A stretch of 64,000 bases of DNA from Pseudomonadales bacterium (GCA_024234615.1 JACKNY010000001.1:774334-838333), one strand, 5' to 3'. Positions 1 to 10,229 are shown, counted from the first letter of the stretch. The notes: generated by a model not told the origin, from the letters alone. Made by a program: numbers and translations.

Positions 1-161
1 AATGCCGCTTTTAATTGTTCGAGTGCTTGCTGTTCTTGCTGGAGCTGGTTGCGCTGAGCTTCCTGATCAATTCGATATTGTGAGGCGCAACCACTGAAGA
101 GTAGCGACAAACCGATTAGGTAAGCGGTTTTTGTGAAAGAATAAAAATATAATTTCGACAT
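1..161 (-). CDS. Putative lipoprotein, N-terminal part (gene continues beyond left edge)
   Basis: ATG at 161-159 on minus strand; translation MSKLYFYSFTKTAYLIGLSLLFSGCASQYRIDQEAQRNQLQQEQQALEQLKAA.. shows signal peptide + lipobox (LFSG|C); open to the window edge; no clear SD. Confidence 0.45.
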   Translation of the reverse strand, partial: MSKLYFYSFTKTAYLIGLSLLFSGCASQYRIDQEAQRNQLQQEQQALEQLKAA

Positions 162-496
162 AGCTTAATCTGTTCAATGCTGTTGAGTTAATGCCCTTAA
201 GGCATCTTAGACATTAAGGAATTAATCAGTGGCTCCTTAAAGTACATAAGATACCATAGATATTTGCAGATAAGCATCAGCTTAGAATTTGAAAATGTTA
301 GGGGGGAGCGTTTTGCAAAGACATTGATTGATAAAAATGTAATTTTTATGGTGATTTTAGCAGTAATACTCATATGGTTGCCTATTTGTCGGGGCGTCAC
401 TTTAGCGTTCTATGTTGGTGATAGAATTTCATAATTTAGTCATATTGATCTATTAAACTCAGCGTCATCACTCACCAGTATTTAGAGACATAGTTT

Positions 497-718
497 ATGT
501 GTTATTCCAGTTTATCAGTTGAGGTTATGAATACGGCTTCAAATTATTTTATGGAGACTGAGCTTTGCGACCTGATGCAGGCAGATGAGCTCGGCCAGAT
601 TATGCCTGACTACCCTGAAGGTTATATTGTGATTAGCGCCGGGGGTGCAACATCGACAGAGATTCAATTGGTTTTATCGGAAACCGGGATGCAGGATGCG
701 AGAACTAAGGCCGCCTAA
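497..718 (+). CDS. Small acidic hypothetical protein (start uncertain; internal ATGs at 528 and 551)
   Basis: Only ORF in a 670-bp gap; followed ~55 nt later by a strong hairpin terminator; no family recognised, weak/short-spaced SD. Confidence 0.3.
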   Translation: MCYSSLSVEVMNTASNYFMETELCDLMQADELGQIMPDYPEGYIVISAGGATSTEIQLVLSETGMQDARTKAA

Positions 719-772
719 GCTTAAATGGAGTAATTTAACTAGTTGGGTGAGAATATTCCTGTTTAAGCAAAA

Positions 773-798
773 GGCCAATACCACATCGAGTATTGGCC
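773..798. terminator. Bidirectional hairpin terminator between small ORF and HDOD gene
   Basis: GGCCAATAC-cacatcga-GTATTGGCC perfect 9-bp stem flanked by A-run (5') and ATTTT (3'). Confidence 0.6.
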
Positions 799-827
799 AT
801 TTTAATGAGTGCTTGAATTTAGGCTGG

Positions 828-1715
828 TTAGGACAGTAGCATCTGTTTGAGGTCGGCAATTTCTTCCTTTGATTCCTCTAAAATGGCTAAGCTCTGATCT
901 GGCGTTAGTTCCTTAAAAGGAAGCTTATGGTAGGAACCGATATCCGTAATATTAGGGCAGTGCTTCTTGTTGCCAGCACCCATATAATAATGATGCCTAG
1001 CGATCATCACGATATCAGCGGTGTCGAATTCCGTATCAGAAATTCGTTTCCAGTCTTCACGTGACTTCACTACTTCGATTAGTTCTTTATCGAACTGCCA
1101 GGAACGCAAAATCATTTCTCCTATGCTCGCGGCATAGCGAGTTTTCAGTTTTTCGAACTCAGCCTTTAGGTTGTCGCCAGGAGCTTGATTATTTTTTAGC
1201 CATTCAATAAGCGGTAGGCATCCAATATCCTGTAGTAATCCAGCTAACAGTGCTTGATCGGAATCGTATTCTTCACAACGTTCCGCCAGAATCGCGCTAA
1301 TGGCGGCAATCGTGGTGCTTTGCTGCCATTGTTCCTGCAACAGATCCTTGAGTGCAATTGAGGGTGACTTAAACAGGGATCTGACTGTATAGGTCAACAC
1401 GATATTTTGTACCGAATGCTGGCCGAGGCGGCAAATCGCGTGTTTTGCCGTTTTGATAGGGATTGGGCCGCGATGCAATGGGCTGTTGGCAATTTTTAGC
1501 ACATAAGCCGCTAATCCAGCCTCAGTCTGAACGATTTTGGCGATCTGGGCGACATCGTATTGCTCATCTTTAAAACTCTCGCGAATTTTCATTGCTATAT
1601 CGGGGATCGCAGGAAGTTTGATTTCTTCCTTTTTGAGAGCATCTTCGATCTCAGAAAGGATATTGTCACTCGCGTGTTCTGACTCGTCGAACAATTCTAA
1701 TTCTCTTGCTAACAT
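828..1715 (-). CDS. HDOD domain signalling protein
   Basis: 295-aa ORF; HDOD-like core (PAIPDIAMKI...AQIAKIVQTEAGLAAYVLKIANSPL...GLLQDIG). Confidence 0.75.
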   Translation of the reverse strand: MLARELELFDESEHASDNILSEIEDALKKEEIKLPAIPDIAMKIRESFKDEQYDVAQIAKIVQTEAGLAAYVLKIANSPLHRGPIPIKTAKHAICRLGQHSVQNIVLTYTVRSLFKSPSIALKDLLQEQWQQSTTIAAISAILAERCEEYDSDQALLAGLLQDIGCLPLIEWLKNNQAPGDNLKAEFEKLKTRYAASIGEMILRSWQFDKELIEVVKSREDWKRISDTEFDTADIVMIARHHYYMGAGNKKHCPNITDIGSYHKLPFKELTPDQSLAILEESKEEIADLKQMLLS

Positions 1716-1900
1716 GGCTATTACCGCTTACTTGATTTAATTGGCAGTTTCTTCCATAAGCATAGACGCTTTCACAAAAAATTCCTGAAACTTTAAGATA
1801 ATTTTTAGATAAGTTGGGGCCATAGTGAGGGGGAATTGTAAGCCAAGTGAGCGCGGTCGTGCTAAGAGTAGATCCTTGACCAGCCAAACTAAATTGACGC

Positions 1901-2818
1901 TTAAATGGCCAGCCTGTGCTGAAGTAATAATTCAATCAACGCTTTCTGTGCGTGTAACCTGTTTTCGGCCTCATCCCAAACGACAGAGCGTGGGTCATCC
2001 AGCATATCTTCGCTCACCTCTTCCCCTCGGTGAGCGGGTAGACAGTGCATAAAGAGTGCTGCTGAATCGGCTGTATCCATTAGTGCTGGCGTGACCTGAA
2101 AGCCAGCAAATTTTTTCTCACGTTCAGCCTGTTCCTGTTCCTGTCCCATTGAGGCCCAAACATCGGTAACGACAAGGTGTGCAGCATGTGCCGCCTCTTG
2201 AGGGTTGCGCACCAGCGTTATTCTGTCCCGGTGCTGTTCTAACAATGAGGTCATCGGCTCAAAGCCTTGTGGACAGGCAATGTTTAAGTGGAAGTCGAGT
2301 AACGCGGCGGCATTAATATATGAGTTGCACATATTGTTGCCGTCACCGATATAAGCGACTGTTTTACCTTGGATGGAACCTCTATGCTCCTGATAAGTTT
2401 GCATGTCGGCCAGCAGCTGACAAGGATGGAACTGGTCGGTCAAAGCGTTAATCACCGGTACCCGTGAGAAACGTGCAAAGCGTTCAATTTTACTTTGTTC
2501 GAAGGTGCGAATCATAATAATATCAACCATGCGTGACATTACTCTAGCGCTATCTTCGATCGGTTCACCCCTGCCCAATTGCGTATCAGTCGGTGATAAA
2601 AACATGGCATGTCCGCCCAGTTGAGTCATACCAGCTTCGAATGAAATGCGCGTACGGGTAGATGATTTTTCAAATATCATCGCCATGACGCTACTTTTTA
2701 GAGGCTGGTAGGAAACTCCCGCATGCAGCATCTGCTTGAGCTCGGTTGCCCTCAGCAAAAGCTGTTTGAACTCCAGCTCACTGAGATCGTGCAAAGTAAG
2801 AAAATGTCGAATGCTCAT
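1901..2818 (-). CDS. argF: Ornithine carbamoyltransferase
   Basis: STRTR carbamoyl-P motif, HPCQ, HCLPA motifs; start placed at MSIRHFL (ATG 2818), the longer ORF to 2902 would overlap argD. Confidence 0.9.
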   Translation of the reverse strand: MSIRHFLTLHDLSELEFKQLLLRATELKQMLHAGVSYQPLKSSVMAMIFEKSSTRTRISFEAGMTQLGGHAMFLSPTDTQLGRGEPIEDSARVMSRMVDIIMIRTFEQSKIERFARFSRVPVINALTDQFHPCQLLADMQTYQEHRGSIQGKTVAYIGDGNNMCNSYINAAALLDFHLNIACPQGFEPMTSLLEQHRDRITLVRNPQEAAHAAHLVVTDVWASMGQEQEQAEREKKFAGFQVTPALMDTADSAALFMHCLPAHRGEEVSEDMLDDPRSVVWDEAENRLHAQKALIELLLQHRLAI

Positions 2819-2825
2819 CGTAGTA

Positions 2826-4067
2826 TCAGTCGGATGATTTGCGCCGGTCACTACTTGCACGTGCTGCGGCACGTCTTTCGGTACTGCGTTCATCAGCCGC
2901 ATACACTTTAATCAATTTGACGACGGTTTTAATGGCCAGCTTGGCTTCGTCTTCTGTCAGATTAAGAGGCGGTAGTAAACGAATAACGGAGTCCGCTGTG
3001 ACGTTCAGCAGCAAGCCTTTCGCTTTGGCAAGTACCAATAACTCGGTGCAAGGTGCGTCGAGTTCGATGCCAAACATCATTCCCATGCCACGTATGTCCT
3101 TGACGTAGTTGGCAAATTTTAACTCTTCCTTTAGATCAGCGAGCATCTGCGCACCTAATTTAGCAGCATGAGCCGTTAGGTTTTCGCTGATAATAGTATT
3201 GACGGTTGCGATAGCCGCAGCACAGGCTAACGGGTTACCGCCAAAAGTGGAGGCATGGTTGCCTGGTTGAAAAACCTTTGCGGCCGTGCCTTTCGCCAAA
3301 CAAGCGCCAATAGGAAATCCATTACCCAAGCCCTTAGCCGTGGTAACAACATCCGGTACGATATTATTATGCTGATAGGCGAAGTAAGCACCAGTTCTAC
3401 CGTTTCCAGTTTGTACTTCATCGAGCATCATCAGCCAATTATTGGTGTCGCAAAGCGTTCTAATTTGATTCAGGTAGTCGGTATCGGGGATTTTAACGCC
3501 ACCTTCACCCTGAATAGGTTCGAGTAAAATCGCAACGACATTGGGATTGTTTTTGGCGATAGACTCAAGTGCCTGAATGTCATTGTAGGGGGCTCTGATG
3601 AAACCGCCGACCAGAGGCTCAAAGCCTGCCTGGGCTTTGCGACTGCCGGTTGCCGACAAGGTTGCCAAGGAGCGACCATGAAAGGAATTTTCCATCACAA
3701 TAATATTTGGAGAAGAAATTTCACGTTGGTGACCGTATAGTCGAGCCAGTTTGATGGCTGCTTCATTGGCTTCTGCGCCGGAGTTGCAGAAAAAGACGTT
3801 GTCCATGCCGGATACGTCACACAAAAGATCAGCCAACTGTGACTGTAACGGGATAGTATACAGGTTGGAGGTATGAACTAACCGTCCAGCCTGCTCGCGT
3901 ATCGCCCGGGTCACGGTGGGGTGACAGTGTCCGAGCCCGCAGACAGCGATACCGCTGATGAGATCAAGGTATTTATTGCCATCGGTGTCGAATAACCAAG
4001 CTCCCTGTCCTTGTTCAAATTCAGTGGCTGCACGGTTATAGGTTGCCATTAAATGTTGATCGGCCAT
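2826..4067 (-). CDS. argD: Acetylornithine aminotransferase (class III PLP aminotransferase)
   Basis: 413-aa ORF, typical ArgD N-terminus (MxTYNR...GxGAWLxDxxGxxYLD), PLP-Lys context [14 protein letters not shown]; unusual ~25-aa R/S-rich C-terminal tail. Confidence 0.85.
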   Translation of the reverse strand: MADQHLMATYNRAATEFEQGQGAWLFDTDGNKYLDLISGIAVCGLGHCHPTVTRAIREQAGRLVHTSNLYTIPLQSQLADLLCDVSGMDNVFFCNSGAEANEAAIKLARLYGHQREISSPNIIVMENSFHGRSLATLSATGSRKAQAGFEPLVGGFIRAPYNDIQALESIAKNNPNVVAILLEPIQGEGGVKIPDTDYLNQIRTLCDTNNWLMMLDEVQTGNGRTGAYFAYQHNNIVPDVVTTAKGLGNGFPIGACLAKGTAAKVFQPGNHASTFGGNPLACAAAIATVNTIISENLTAHAAKLGAQMLADLKEELKFANYVKDIRGMGMMFGIELDAPCTELLVLAKAKGLLLNVTADSVIRLLPPLNLTEDEAKLAIKTVVKLIKVYAADERSTERRAAARASSDRRKSSD

Positions 4068-4082
4068 GTTTCAAGGGTCCTC

Positions 4083-4110
4083 AAAACGCAAAAAGGCAGC
4101 ATTGGCTGCC
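4083..4110 (-). terminator. Intrinsic-terminator-like hairpin + U tract inside the argD 5' leader (candidate attenuator)
   Basis: Minus strand GGCAGC-CAAU-GCUGCC then UUUUUGCGUUUU; ends 15 nt before argD ATG; nothing upstream on this strand to terminate. Confidence 0.6.
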
Positions 4111-4113
4111 AAA

Positions 4114-4164
4114 CTAAAAGGCAAATAATAATAGGAACCCGTGATGAAGTCTACGATCTCGCAC
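4114..4164 (-). promoter_or_regulatory. Candidate 16-codon leader ORF (MRDRRLHHGFLLLFAF) ending 3 nt before the argD-leader hairpin
   Basis: GTG start 4 nt after AAGGA; codons CGA-GAT-CGT-AGA right after the start; stop UAG at 4116-4114. Confidence 0.3.
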
Positions 4165-4371
4165 TTTATCCTTGCTTTTAAGCCTGTTCACATGATCTTA
4201 ACGGAACTAAAGGTATATTCAGCTATCTATTGAGCGCTATCATCGGCGAACTGGCTGGGTGAACTGCCGTACGCTGCGATATGACTACTTGGGGTAAAGA
4301 CTATCTAATCCGCTGAGATCACTGTAAAATGCCGCCCCTAATTTCAACTAGCGTTAATCACGAGGTGAATT

Positions 4372-4707
4372 ATGGATGTATTAGACACCATAAAAGAACA
4401 AATCGAATCAAACAACATTATCCTTTACATGAAAGGATCGCCACAGCAGCCGCAGTGTGGGTTTTCAGCGCAAGCCACACAGGCACTGATGTCCTGTGGT
4501 GAAAGGTTTGCTTTTGTTAATATTCTGGATAACCCAGATATCCGTGCGACGTTACCGAGTTATTCGAATTGGCCCACCTTTCCTCAGCTGTTTATTAATG
4601 GTGAACTGGTTGGTGGCTGCGACATTATTGTCGAGCTGTTTGAGAAAGGTGAATTACAAACCATGATTAAAGACGCTGTATCTGAGTCGAAGGCAAGCGG
4701 CGAGTAG
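4372..4707 (+). CDS. grxD: Monothiol glutaredoxin (Grx4 family)
   Basis: 111 aa, CGFS active site (PQCGFS), GAGGTG SD. Confidence 0.9.
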   Translation: MDVLDTIKEQIESNNIILYMKGSPQQPQCGFSAQATQALMSCGERFAFVNILDNPDIRATLPSYSNWPTFPQLFINGELVGGCDIIVELFEKGELQTMIKDAVSESKASGE

Positions 4708-4766
4708 GGAATTGGTAGACCAGTAGCCCTTACGTAATCGAAAAAGTAATTGTTACCGAGAAGCGG

Positions 4767-4794
4767 TTGACCCCGTTTAAGGTTGTAATACAAT
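4767..4794 (+). promoter_or_regulatory. Predicted sigma70 promoter of the peroxiredoxin gene
   Basis: TTGACC (4767-4772) - 16 nt - TACAAT (4789-4794), 40 nt upstream of the ATG. Confidence 0.4.
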
Positions 4795-4833
4795 GGGTGT
4801 ACTTTACACAGAACTGAAGGGAGATTTTGTATC

Positions 4834-5439
4834 ATGAGCGTTCTAGTAGGAAGACCGGCCCCCGATTTTACCGCCCCAGCCGTGCTAGGCAGTGGTGAAA
4901 TTGTTGACGGCTATAATTTATCTGAAGCAATCAATGGTAAATATGCGGTGATATTTTTCTATCCGTTGGATTTCACCTTTGTTTGTCCCTCTGAATTAAT
5001 TGCCTTTGATCACCGTTATCAAGCATTCGCGGAGCGCGGTGTTGAAGTGATTGGCGTTTCTATCGATTCACATTTTACCCATAATGCGTGGCGAAATACG
5101 CCAGTGGATAAGGGTGGTATCGGCCAAGTGCAATACACCTTAGTTGCCGATGTTAAGCACAGTATTTGTCAGGCTTATGGGGTTGAACATCCTGCGGCGG
5201 GCGTGGCTTTTCGCGGTTCGTTCCTGATCGATAAACAAGGCCTGGTGCGCCACCAAGTGGTGAATGATTTACCATTGGGGCGTGATGTGGATGAAATGAT
5301 TCGCATGGTTGACGCACTACAATTCCATGAAGAGCATGGCGAGGTTTGCCCGGCGGGTTGGAATAAGGGCAAAAAGGGTATGAATGCTTCCCCTGATGGC
5401 GTAGCGGCCTATTTAGCCGAGAATGCCGATAGCCTGTAG
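4834..5439 (+). CDS. Typical 2-Cys peroxiredoxin (AhpC/Tsa family)
   Basis: 201 aa; peroxidatic Cys in DFTFVCPSE, resolving Cys in GEVCPAGW. Confidence 0.9.
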   Translation: MSVLVGRPAPDFTAPAVLGSGEIVDGYNLSEAINGKYAVIFFYPLDFTFVCPSELIAFDHRYQAFAERGVEVIGVSIDSHFTHNAWRNTPVDKGGIGQVQYTLVADVKHSICQAYGVEHPAAGVAFRGSFLIDKQGLVRHQVVNDLPLGRDVDEMIRMVDALQFHEEHGEVCPAGWNKGKKGMNASPDGVAAYLAENADSL

Positions 5440-5460
5440 TATCTTGCTAATATGGTGTTA

Positions 5461-5488
5461 AAAAACCCCAGTTTCGGCTGGGGTTTTT
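5461..5488. terminator. Bidirectional rho-independent terminator (peroxiredoxin / rnt)
   Basis: AAAAACCCCAG-tttcgg-CTGGGGTTTTT. Confidence 0.75.
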
Positions 5489-5538
5489 GTTTTTAAGCGC
5501 ACTGGTTTTTTAAGGATACAGTCAGCGGTAAGAGCCTC

Positions 5539-6201
5539 TTAATCGAAATTCTGCTGCCAACCTCCTGTTTGCTCCCAGCCACCTAATTCCTGCCAGCGGT
5601 TGATGATGGTACAAAATAGTTCAGCAGTTTTCTCCGCGTCATAGCGTGCTGAATGTGCTTCCTGACTATTAAAGTCGATCCCCGCGGTTTCGCAGGCACG
5701 CGATAGTACGGTCTGCCCAAAGGCTAGGCCAGCCATACTTACCGTATCGAAGTTGGAAAAGGGGTGAAAGGGGTTGCGTTTGATATCACAGCGTTGCACC
5801 GCCGCGTTGATAAAACCGTGGTCAAAATGTGCGTTATGGCCCACGAGTATTGCCCTCTTGCAGCCACTGGACTTAACCGAACGGCGAATTACCTTGAATA
5901 TTTCCTGTAGCGCATCTAACTCTGGATGAGCAATACGCAGCGGGTGGTAGGGGTCGATGCCGGTAAATTTAATGGCAGCCTCTTCGATATTTGAGCCTTC
6001 GAACGGTTGCACATGAAAGGCCACGGTTTCGTGCGGATAGATGATGCCCTGTTCATCCATTTCCAAGGGTACAGCGGCAATTTCCAAGAGCGCGTCAGTT
6101 GCTGAATTAAAACCGCCAGTTTCCACATCAATCACTACGGGAAGAAAGCCGCGAAAGCGCTGAGCGATGATCGTGGTTGATCTGTTGTTATGTTCAGACA
6201 A
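5539..6201 (-). CDS. rnt: Ribonuclease T
   Basis: DEDD exonuclease motifs ([24 protein letters not shown]); start placed at TTG 6201 (AAGGA 7 nt upstream) because the ATG at 6279 would overlap pyrC by 68 nt and add ~25 aa not seen in RNase T. Confidence 0.85.
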   Translation of the reverse strand: MSEHNNRSTTIIAQRFRGFLPVVIDVETGGFNSATDALLEIAAVPLEMDEQGIIYPHETVAFHVQPFEGSNIEEAAIKFTGIDPYHPLRIAHPELDALQEIFKVIRRSVKSSGCKRAILVGHNAHFDHGFINAAVQRCDIKRNPFHPFSNFDTVSMAGLAFGQTVLSRACETAGIDFNSQEAHSARYDAEKTAELFCTIINRWQELGGWEQTGGWQQNFD

Positions 6202-6211
6202 GCGTAGTTCC

Positions 6212-7249
6212 TTATACGTTGGAGACTTGCCAATGGATGGTCTCGCCGGCAAGTAATGGTATGAGCTGTTGATCGCCAACAGTCACCTGCTTAGGCATCT
6301 GCCAAGGCTGTTTGACTAAGGTAATTTGATCTGAATTGCGTGGCAATGAGTAAAAGTCAGGACCATGATGGCTAGCGAAGCCCTCCAGGTGCTGTAGCGC
6401 ATTCATCCGCTCGAAAATCGTGGCATACAATTCGATGGCCGCTGGTGCCGTGTAGCAACCAGCGCAGCCACAGCTGGTTTCTTTGGTTTCTTGACTGTGT
6501 GGCGCGGAGTCGGTGCCGAGAAAAAATTTACTGTTACCACTGGTAACCGCTTGCAGTAATGCCTGTTGGTGGCGGTTACGTTTGAGTATGGGTAAACAAT
6601 AGTAATGCGGGCGAATGCCGCCGACCAGCATGTCATTTCGGTTAAACAGTAAGTGCTGAACCGTAACGGTGGCGGCGATATTGGCTGGGGATTCCTGCAC
6701 GAACTGCACGGCCTCTGCGGTGGTAATGTGCTCCATGACGATTTTTAAACTGGGAAAACGCCGCACGAGCGGTGCAAGGGTACGCTCGATGAACACCTGT
6801 TCGCGATCGAAAATATCGATATCGGCGTCAGTCACTTCGCCATGCAGCAAAAGCGGTAAGCCGCGCTCTGCCATTATCTCCAGCAGCGGGTAGCATTTCT
6901 CTAATTGCGTAACGCCGGAGTCCGAATTGGTCGTGGCTCCCGCCGGATAATATTTGATGGCGTAAATATTGGCGTCATCGCAGGCACGAGTAATTTCCTC
7001 TGCACTGGTGTTGTCAGTTAAATACAGGGTCATGAGTGGGTCGAAATGGCTGGACGAATCTAACTGCGCCAATATCCGCTGCCGATAAGCCATTGCTTGC
7101 ACGCAGGAAGTGACCGGTGGTTTAAGATTGGGCATGACGATTGCGCGACCAAAATAGCGCGCCACATCGGCGACGGTAGTATTGAGAAATTCGTTGTCAC
7201 GAAGGTGTATATGCCAGTCGTCGGGGCGCGTAATGGTTAACTTATCCAT
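6212..7249 (-). CDS. pyrC: Dihydroorotase (homodimeric type)
   Basis: 345 aa; [11 protein letters not shown] metal-binding motif as in E. coli PyrC. Confidence 0.9.
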   Translation of the reverse strand: MDKLTITRPDDWHIHLRDNEFLNTTVADVARYFGRAIVMPNLKPPVTSCVQAMAYRQRILAQLDSSSHFDPLMTLYLTDNTSAEEITRACDDANIYAIKYYPAGATTNSDSGVTQLEKCYPLLEIMAERGLPLLLHGEVTDADIDIFDREQVFIERTLAPLVRRFPSLKIVMEHITTAEAVQFVQESPANIAATVTVQHLLFNRNDMLVGGIRPHYYCLPILKRNRHQQALLQAVTSGNSKFFLGTDSAPHSQETKETSCGCAGCYTAPAAIELYATIFERMNALQHLEGFASHHGPDFYSLPRNSDQITLVKQPWQMPKQVTVGDQQLIPLLAGETIHWQVSNV

Positions 7250-7460
7250 GCAATTTTATATGTTAAATTATTTAGAGAAACCGTTTCAGCATCCTAACCT
7301 ATCATCGAATTTATAGATAGTAGTGGTAACCTACTTATCAGATCAATTCGGTCATGTTGAGCAGTTTGGTTTGGTTAGGGTTTTGATATTCCAGCTAAAG
7401 TTTTTAGGCGAACGGTCGACACGCTTCTTAGTCCATCAAATTATTTAAGTCGCTCAAAAT

Positions 7461-8360
7461 ATGAAGCAAAAAAACAACCGGATTAAATGGTTCACAGCCT
7501 TTCTAGTTGTGATAGGGTTTAGTTATTCCTGTCACAGTTACGCTATGCGAGATGCCCGTGCTTATGGCGCGTACATTGAGGATAGCGAGTGGAAGACAAC
7601 CGGTTCTGAGCTTGAGTGTGGTCTTTCCCAGCAGATTCCGGAATTTGGAGAAGGGATCTTTTTACAAAAAGCCGGGGAAAATCTAGAATTCCGATTGAAG
7701 TCCTATAGCCGTATTTTGAAGCCCGGTGAGGCTTCCTTGATCGCACAGGGCCCCGCTTGGAAACCCAACACACAGGCGCGCACAATTACAACTTTGGAAG
7801 TGACTGATCACACGACGCCAGTACAAATAGGAACACCTTACTCCTCAATTATGTTAGCGCAGCTGAATCAGGGTATGATGCCGACTATTTCGGCGCTAAG
7901 TGATGCCTCCATCACTGCTGGTGAGCAGGTCAAGGTGGTGATGTCTGCGGTGAATTTTCAGCAGGCATATCGGGACTATGTGGGTTGCTTGTCACAATTA
8001 TTGCCGGTTAATTATAAGCAGATTGCGCGCTCTGCCATTTTTTTTGATACGAATGATACCTCGTTAAGCGAGGGAATCCAGCAACAACTGGACTTGATTG
8101 TGCGTTATGTCAAAGCGGATAAAAAAATCCAGCGTATTTATATTGACGGTCATACCGATGACGTAGGCGATAAGCGTAATAATGTTAATTTATCCAAAGT
8201 TAGAGCGGCGGCAGTAGAAAATTATTTCAAACAAGCCGGTGTTGATAACAAGCTAATGATGCTGCGTTATCATGGTGACAAATACCCGGCCCTCAAGAAC
8301 ACATCAGATGAAAATCGGGCGCGAAACCGCCGAGTGACGATCCGTTTAGAACGCAAATAG
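7461..8360 (+). CDS. motY: MotY-like flagellar T-ring protein (N-terminal MotY domain + C-terminal OmpA-like peptidoglycan-binding domain)
   Basis: Signal peptide; SEWKTTGSELECGLSQQIPEFGEGIF and NFQQAYRDYVGCLSQLLP resemble Vibrio MotY N-domain; C-terminal OmpA motif (GHTDDVG...NRRVTI). Confidence 0.6.
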   Translation: MKQKNNRIKWFTAFLVVIGFSYSCHSYAMRDARAYGAYIEDSEWKTTGSELECGLSQQIPEFGEGIFLQKAGENLEFRLKSYSRILKPGEASLIAQGPAWKPNTQARTITTLEVTDHTTPVQIGTPYSSIMLAQLNQGMMPTISALSDASITAGEQVKVVMSAVNFQQAYRDYVGCLSQLLPVNYKQIARSAIFFDTNDTSLSEGIQQQLDLIVRYVKADKKIQRIYIDGHTDDVGDKRNNVNLSKVRAAAVENYFKQAGVDNKLMMLRYHGDKYPALKNTSDENRARNRRVTIRLERK

Positions 8361-8497
8361 TACTCTTTTTACCCTCTTCAAAGCCTAATTTAATCTATGG
8401 TGGCGCTGTTAATGCATGGCGTCGCGGTTTAAAATAGCGCCCTTTGTATATTTGTTGAGCGTTCGATAGTGATTCGAGGCCAAGTTTCGGGGTGAAA

Positions 8498-9718
8498 ATG
8501 TCTGATATCAAAAAAGTTGTACTAGCCTATTCTGGCGGTCTAGATACTTCGGTGATCTGCCGATGGTTACAGGAAACCTATCAGTGTGAAGTGGTGACTT
8601 TTACCGCCGATCTGGGTCAAGGTGAAGAGGTTGAACCAGCCAGAGCGAAAGCTAAGGCCATGGGCATCAAAGAAATTTATATTGATGATTTGCGTGAAGA
8701 ATTTGTGCGTGATTTTGTCTTTCCCATGTTTCGTGCCAACACCTTGTATGAGGGTGAGTACCTGTTAGGCACTTCCATTGCCCGTCCGTTGATTGCGAAA
8801 CGGCTCATTGAGATTGCCAATGAAACCGGGGCCGATGCCATTGCGCACGGCGCGACCGGGAAGGGTAACGATCAAGTGCGTTTCGAGTTAGGTGCCTATG
8901 CACTTAAACCTGGGGTAAAGGTTATCGCACCCTGGCGTGAGTGGGAGCTGAATTCTCGTGATTCTCTGCTCGCCTACTGTGAAACCCACAATATTCCGGT
9001 CGAGAAAAAACGTGGTACCAAATCGCCTTATTCGATGGATGCTAATTTACTGCATATTTCCTACGAAGGGGATATCTTGGAAGACCCTTGGACAGAGCCG
9101 GAAGAGGATATGTGGTTGTGGAGTGTCTCGCCGGAAAAGGCGCCGGATCAGCCGACTTACATCGAACTTACCTATGAGTGCGGCGATATCGTTGCGATTG
9201 ACGGCGAAGCCATGTCGCCCGCTACGGTATTGGCTTATTTAAACAAGGTCGGCGGCGCGAACGGCATTGGCCGTGCCGACATTGTAGAAAATCGTTTTGT
9301 CGGCATGAAGGCGCGAGGTTGTTACGAAACCCCCGGCGGCAGCATTATGTTAAAGTGCCATCGGGCGATTGAGTCCATTACCCTGGATCGTCAAGCCGCA
9401 CATCTCAAAGATGAAATGATGCCACGCTACGCCGAGCTGATTTACAACGGCTTCTGGTGGTCACCGGAGCGTAAAGCACTGCAGGCGCTAATCGATCAAA
9501 CTCAAGAGTATGTCAATGGACGGGTGCGACTCAAACTCTACAAAGGCAATGTGACTGTCGTTGGCAGGGCGTCTGAAGATAGCTTGTTTGATGCTAGTAT
9601 CGCCACCTTTGAGGACGACGCGGGTGCCTATAATCAAAAAGATGCGGAAGGTTTCATCAAACTGAATGCGCTACGTATGCGTATTGCCGCGAAAAAGAAC
9701 CGCAATCTACTCAAATAG
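8498..9718 (+). CDS. argG: Argininosuccinate synthase
   Basis: [12 protein letters not shown]-PPase motif; full-length similarity pattern to type-1 ArgG; ATG 8498 preferred over GTG 8492. Confidence 0.92.
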   Translation: MSDIKKVVLAYSGGLDTSVICRWLQETYQCEVVTFTADLGQGEEVEPARAKAKAMGIKEIYIDDLREEFVRDFVFPMFRANTLYEGEYLLGTSIARPLIAKRLIEIANETGADAIAHGATGKGNDQVRFELGAYALKPGVKVIAPWREWELNSRDSLLAYCETHNIPVEKKRGTKSPYSMDANLLHISYEGDILEDPWTEPEEDMWLWSVSPEKAPDQPTYIELTYECGDIVAIDGEAMSPATVLAYLNKVGGANGIGRADIVENRFVGMKARGCYETPGGSIMLKCHRAIESITLDRQAAHLKDEMMPRYAELIYNGFWWSPERKALQALIDQTQEYVNGRVRLKLYKGNVTVVGRASEDSLFDASIATFEDDAGAYNQKDAEGFIKLNALRMRIAAKKNRNLLK

Positions 9719-9730
9719 AGGCGTCTACCA

Positions 9731-10129
9731 ATGAGAATCATGCATACCATGTTGAGGGTCACCGACCTGAAGCGCTCGGTTGACTTCTACATTAACATTT
9801 TGGGCATGCGCGAGATTAGGCGCATGGAAAATCCAGAGTATAAATATACGCTGGTATTCGTCGGCTATGATGAGTTTGACGAAGGTACATTGATTGAGCT
9901 GACCTATAACTGGGATGTGGATAAGTATGACCATGGCACTGCTTACGGCCATATCTGCCTGGAAGTGGATGATATCTACCAGTTCTGTGATCGGGTAAAG
10001 CAGCAGGGCGGTGTCGTCACGCGCGAGCCCGGCCCGATCAAAGGTGGTACTACGCAGCTGGCTTTTATTAAAGACCCGGATGGTTATGCGATTGAGTTAA
10101 TTAATAAGGGGCAGGAAGCGAAGATTTAA
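9731..10129 (+). CDS. gloA: Lactoylglutathione lyase (glyoxalase I)
   Basis: [32 protein letters not shown] closely parallels E. coli GloA. Confidence 0.92.
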   Translation: MRIMHTMLRVTDLKRSVDFYINILGMREIRRMENPEYKYTLVFVGYDEFDEGTLIELTYNWDVDKYDHGTAYGHICLEVDDIYQFCDRVKQQGGVVTREPGPIKGGTTQLAFIKDPDGYAIELINKGQEAKI

Positions 10130-10151
10130 ATAGTAAACTTTCTTTTGAAAC

Positions 10152-10179
10152 AAAAAAGCTGCCAAATGGCAGCTTTTTT
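10152..10179. terminator. Bidirectional rho-independent terminator (gloA / pntB)
   Basis: AAAAAAGCTGCC-aaat-GGCAGCTTTTTT. Confidence 0.75.
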
Positions 10180-10229
10180 AATTTTGGATTTAGGCTGGCG
10201 AAAATTGAACCAGCCCGCTAACAAAGAGC

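Noticed and set aside
2819-2902. N-terminal extensions offered by the longest ORFs: argF to 2902, rnt to 6279, mtaD to 36146, lapB from 45684, rpsA from 43132, scpB from 28160, trpH from 24284 and argG from 8492.
   Set aside because: The extensions overlap the upstream gene or add residues absent from the well-known family N-termini. Internal starts reproduce the canonical N-terminal sequences, so the shorter models were used. The exact starts remain unverified.
4085-4370. Possibility that the minus-strand transcript ending at the argD-leader terminator is a known sRNA (Rsm-type, 6S or similar).
   Set aside because: It has only two GGA motifs and no resemblance to 6S, 4.5S or RsmY/Z sequence patterns that I can recall. 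It is kept only as a cis-leader/attenuator candidate.
8361-8497. Search for ArgR (ARG box) operators upstream of argG, and similarly at 4068-4371 upstream of argD.
   Set aside because: I found only partial half-site resemblance (for example TATATTCA at about 4214-4221) and no paired 18-bp boxes. This cannot be supported without a position weight matrix scan.
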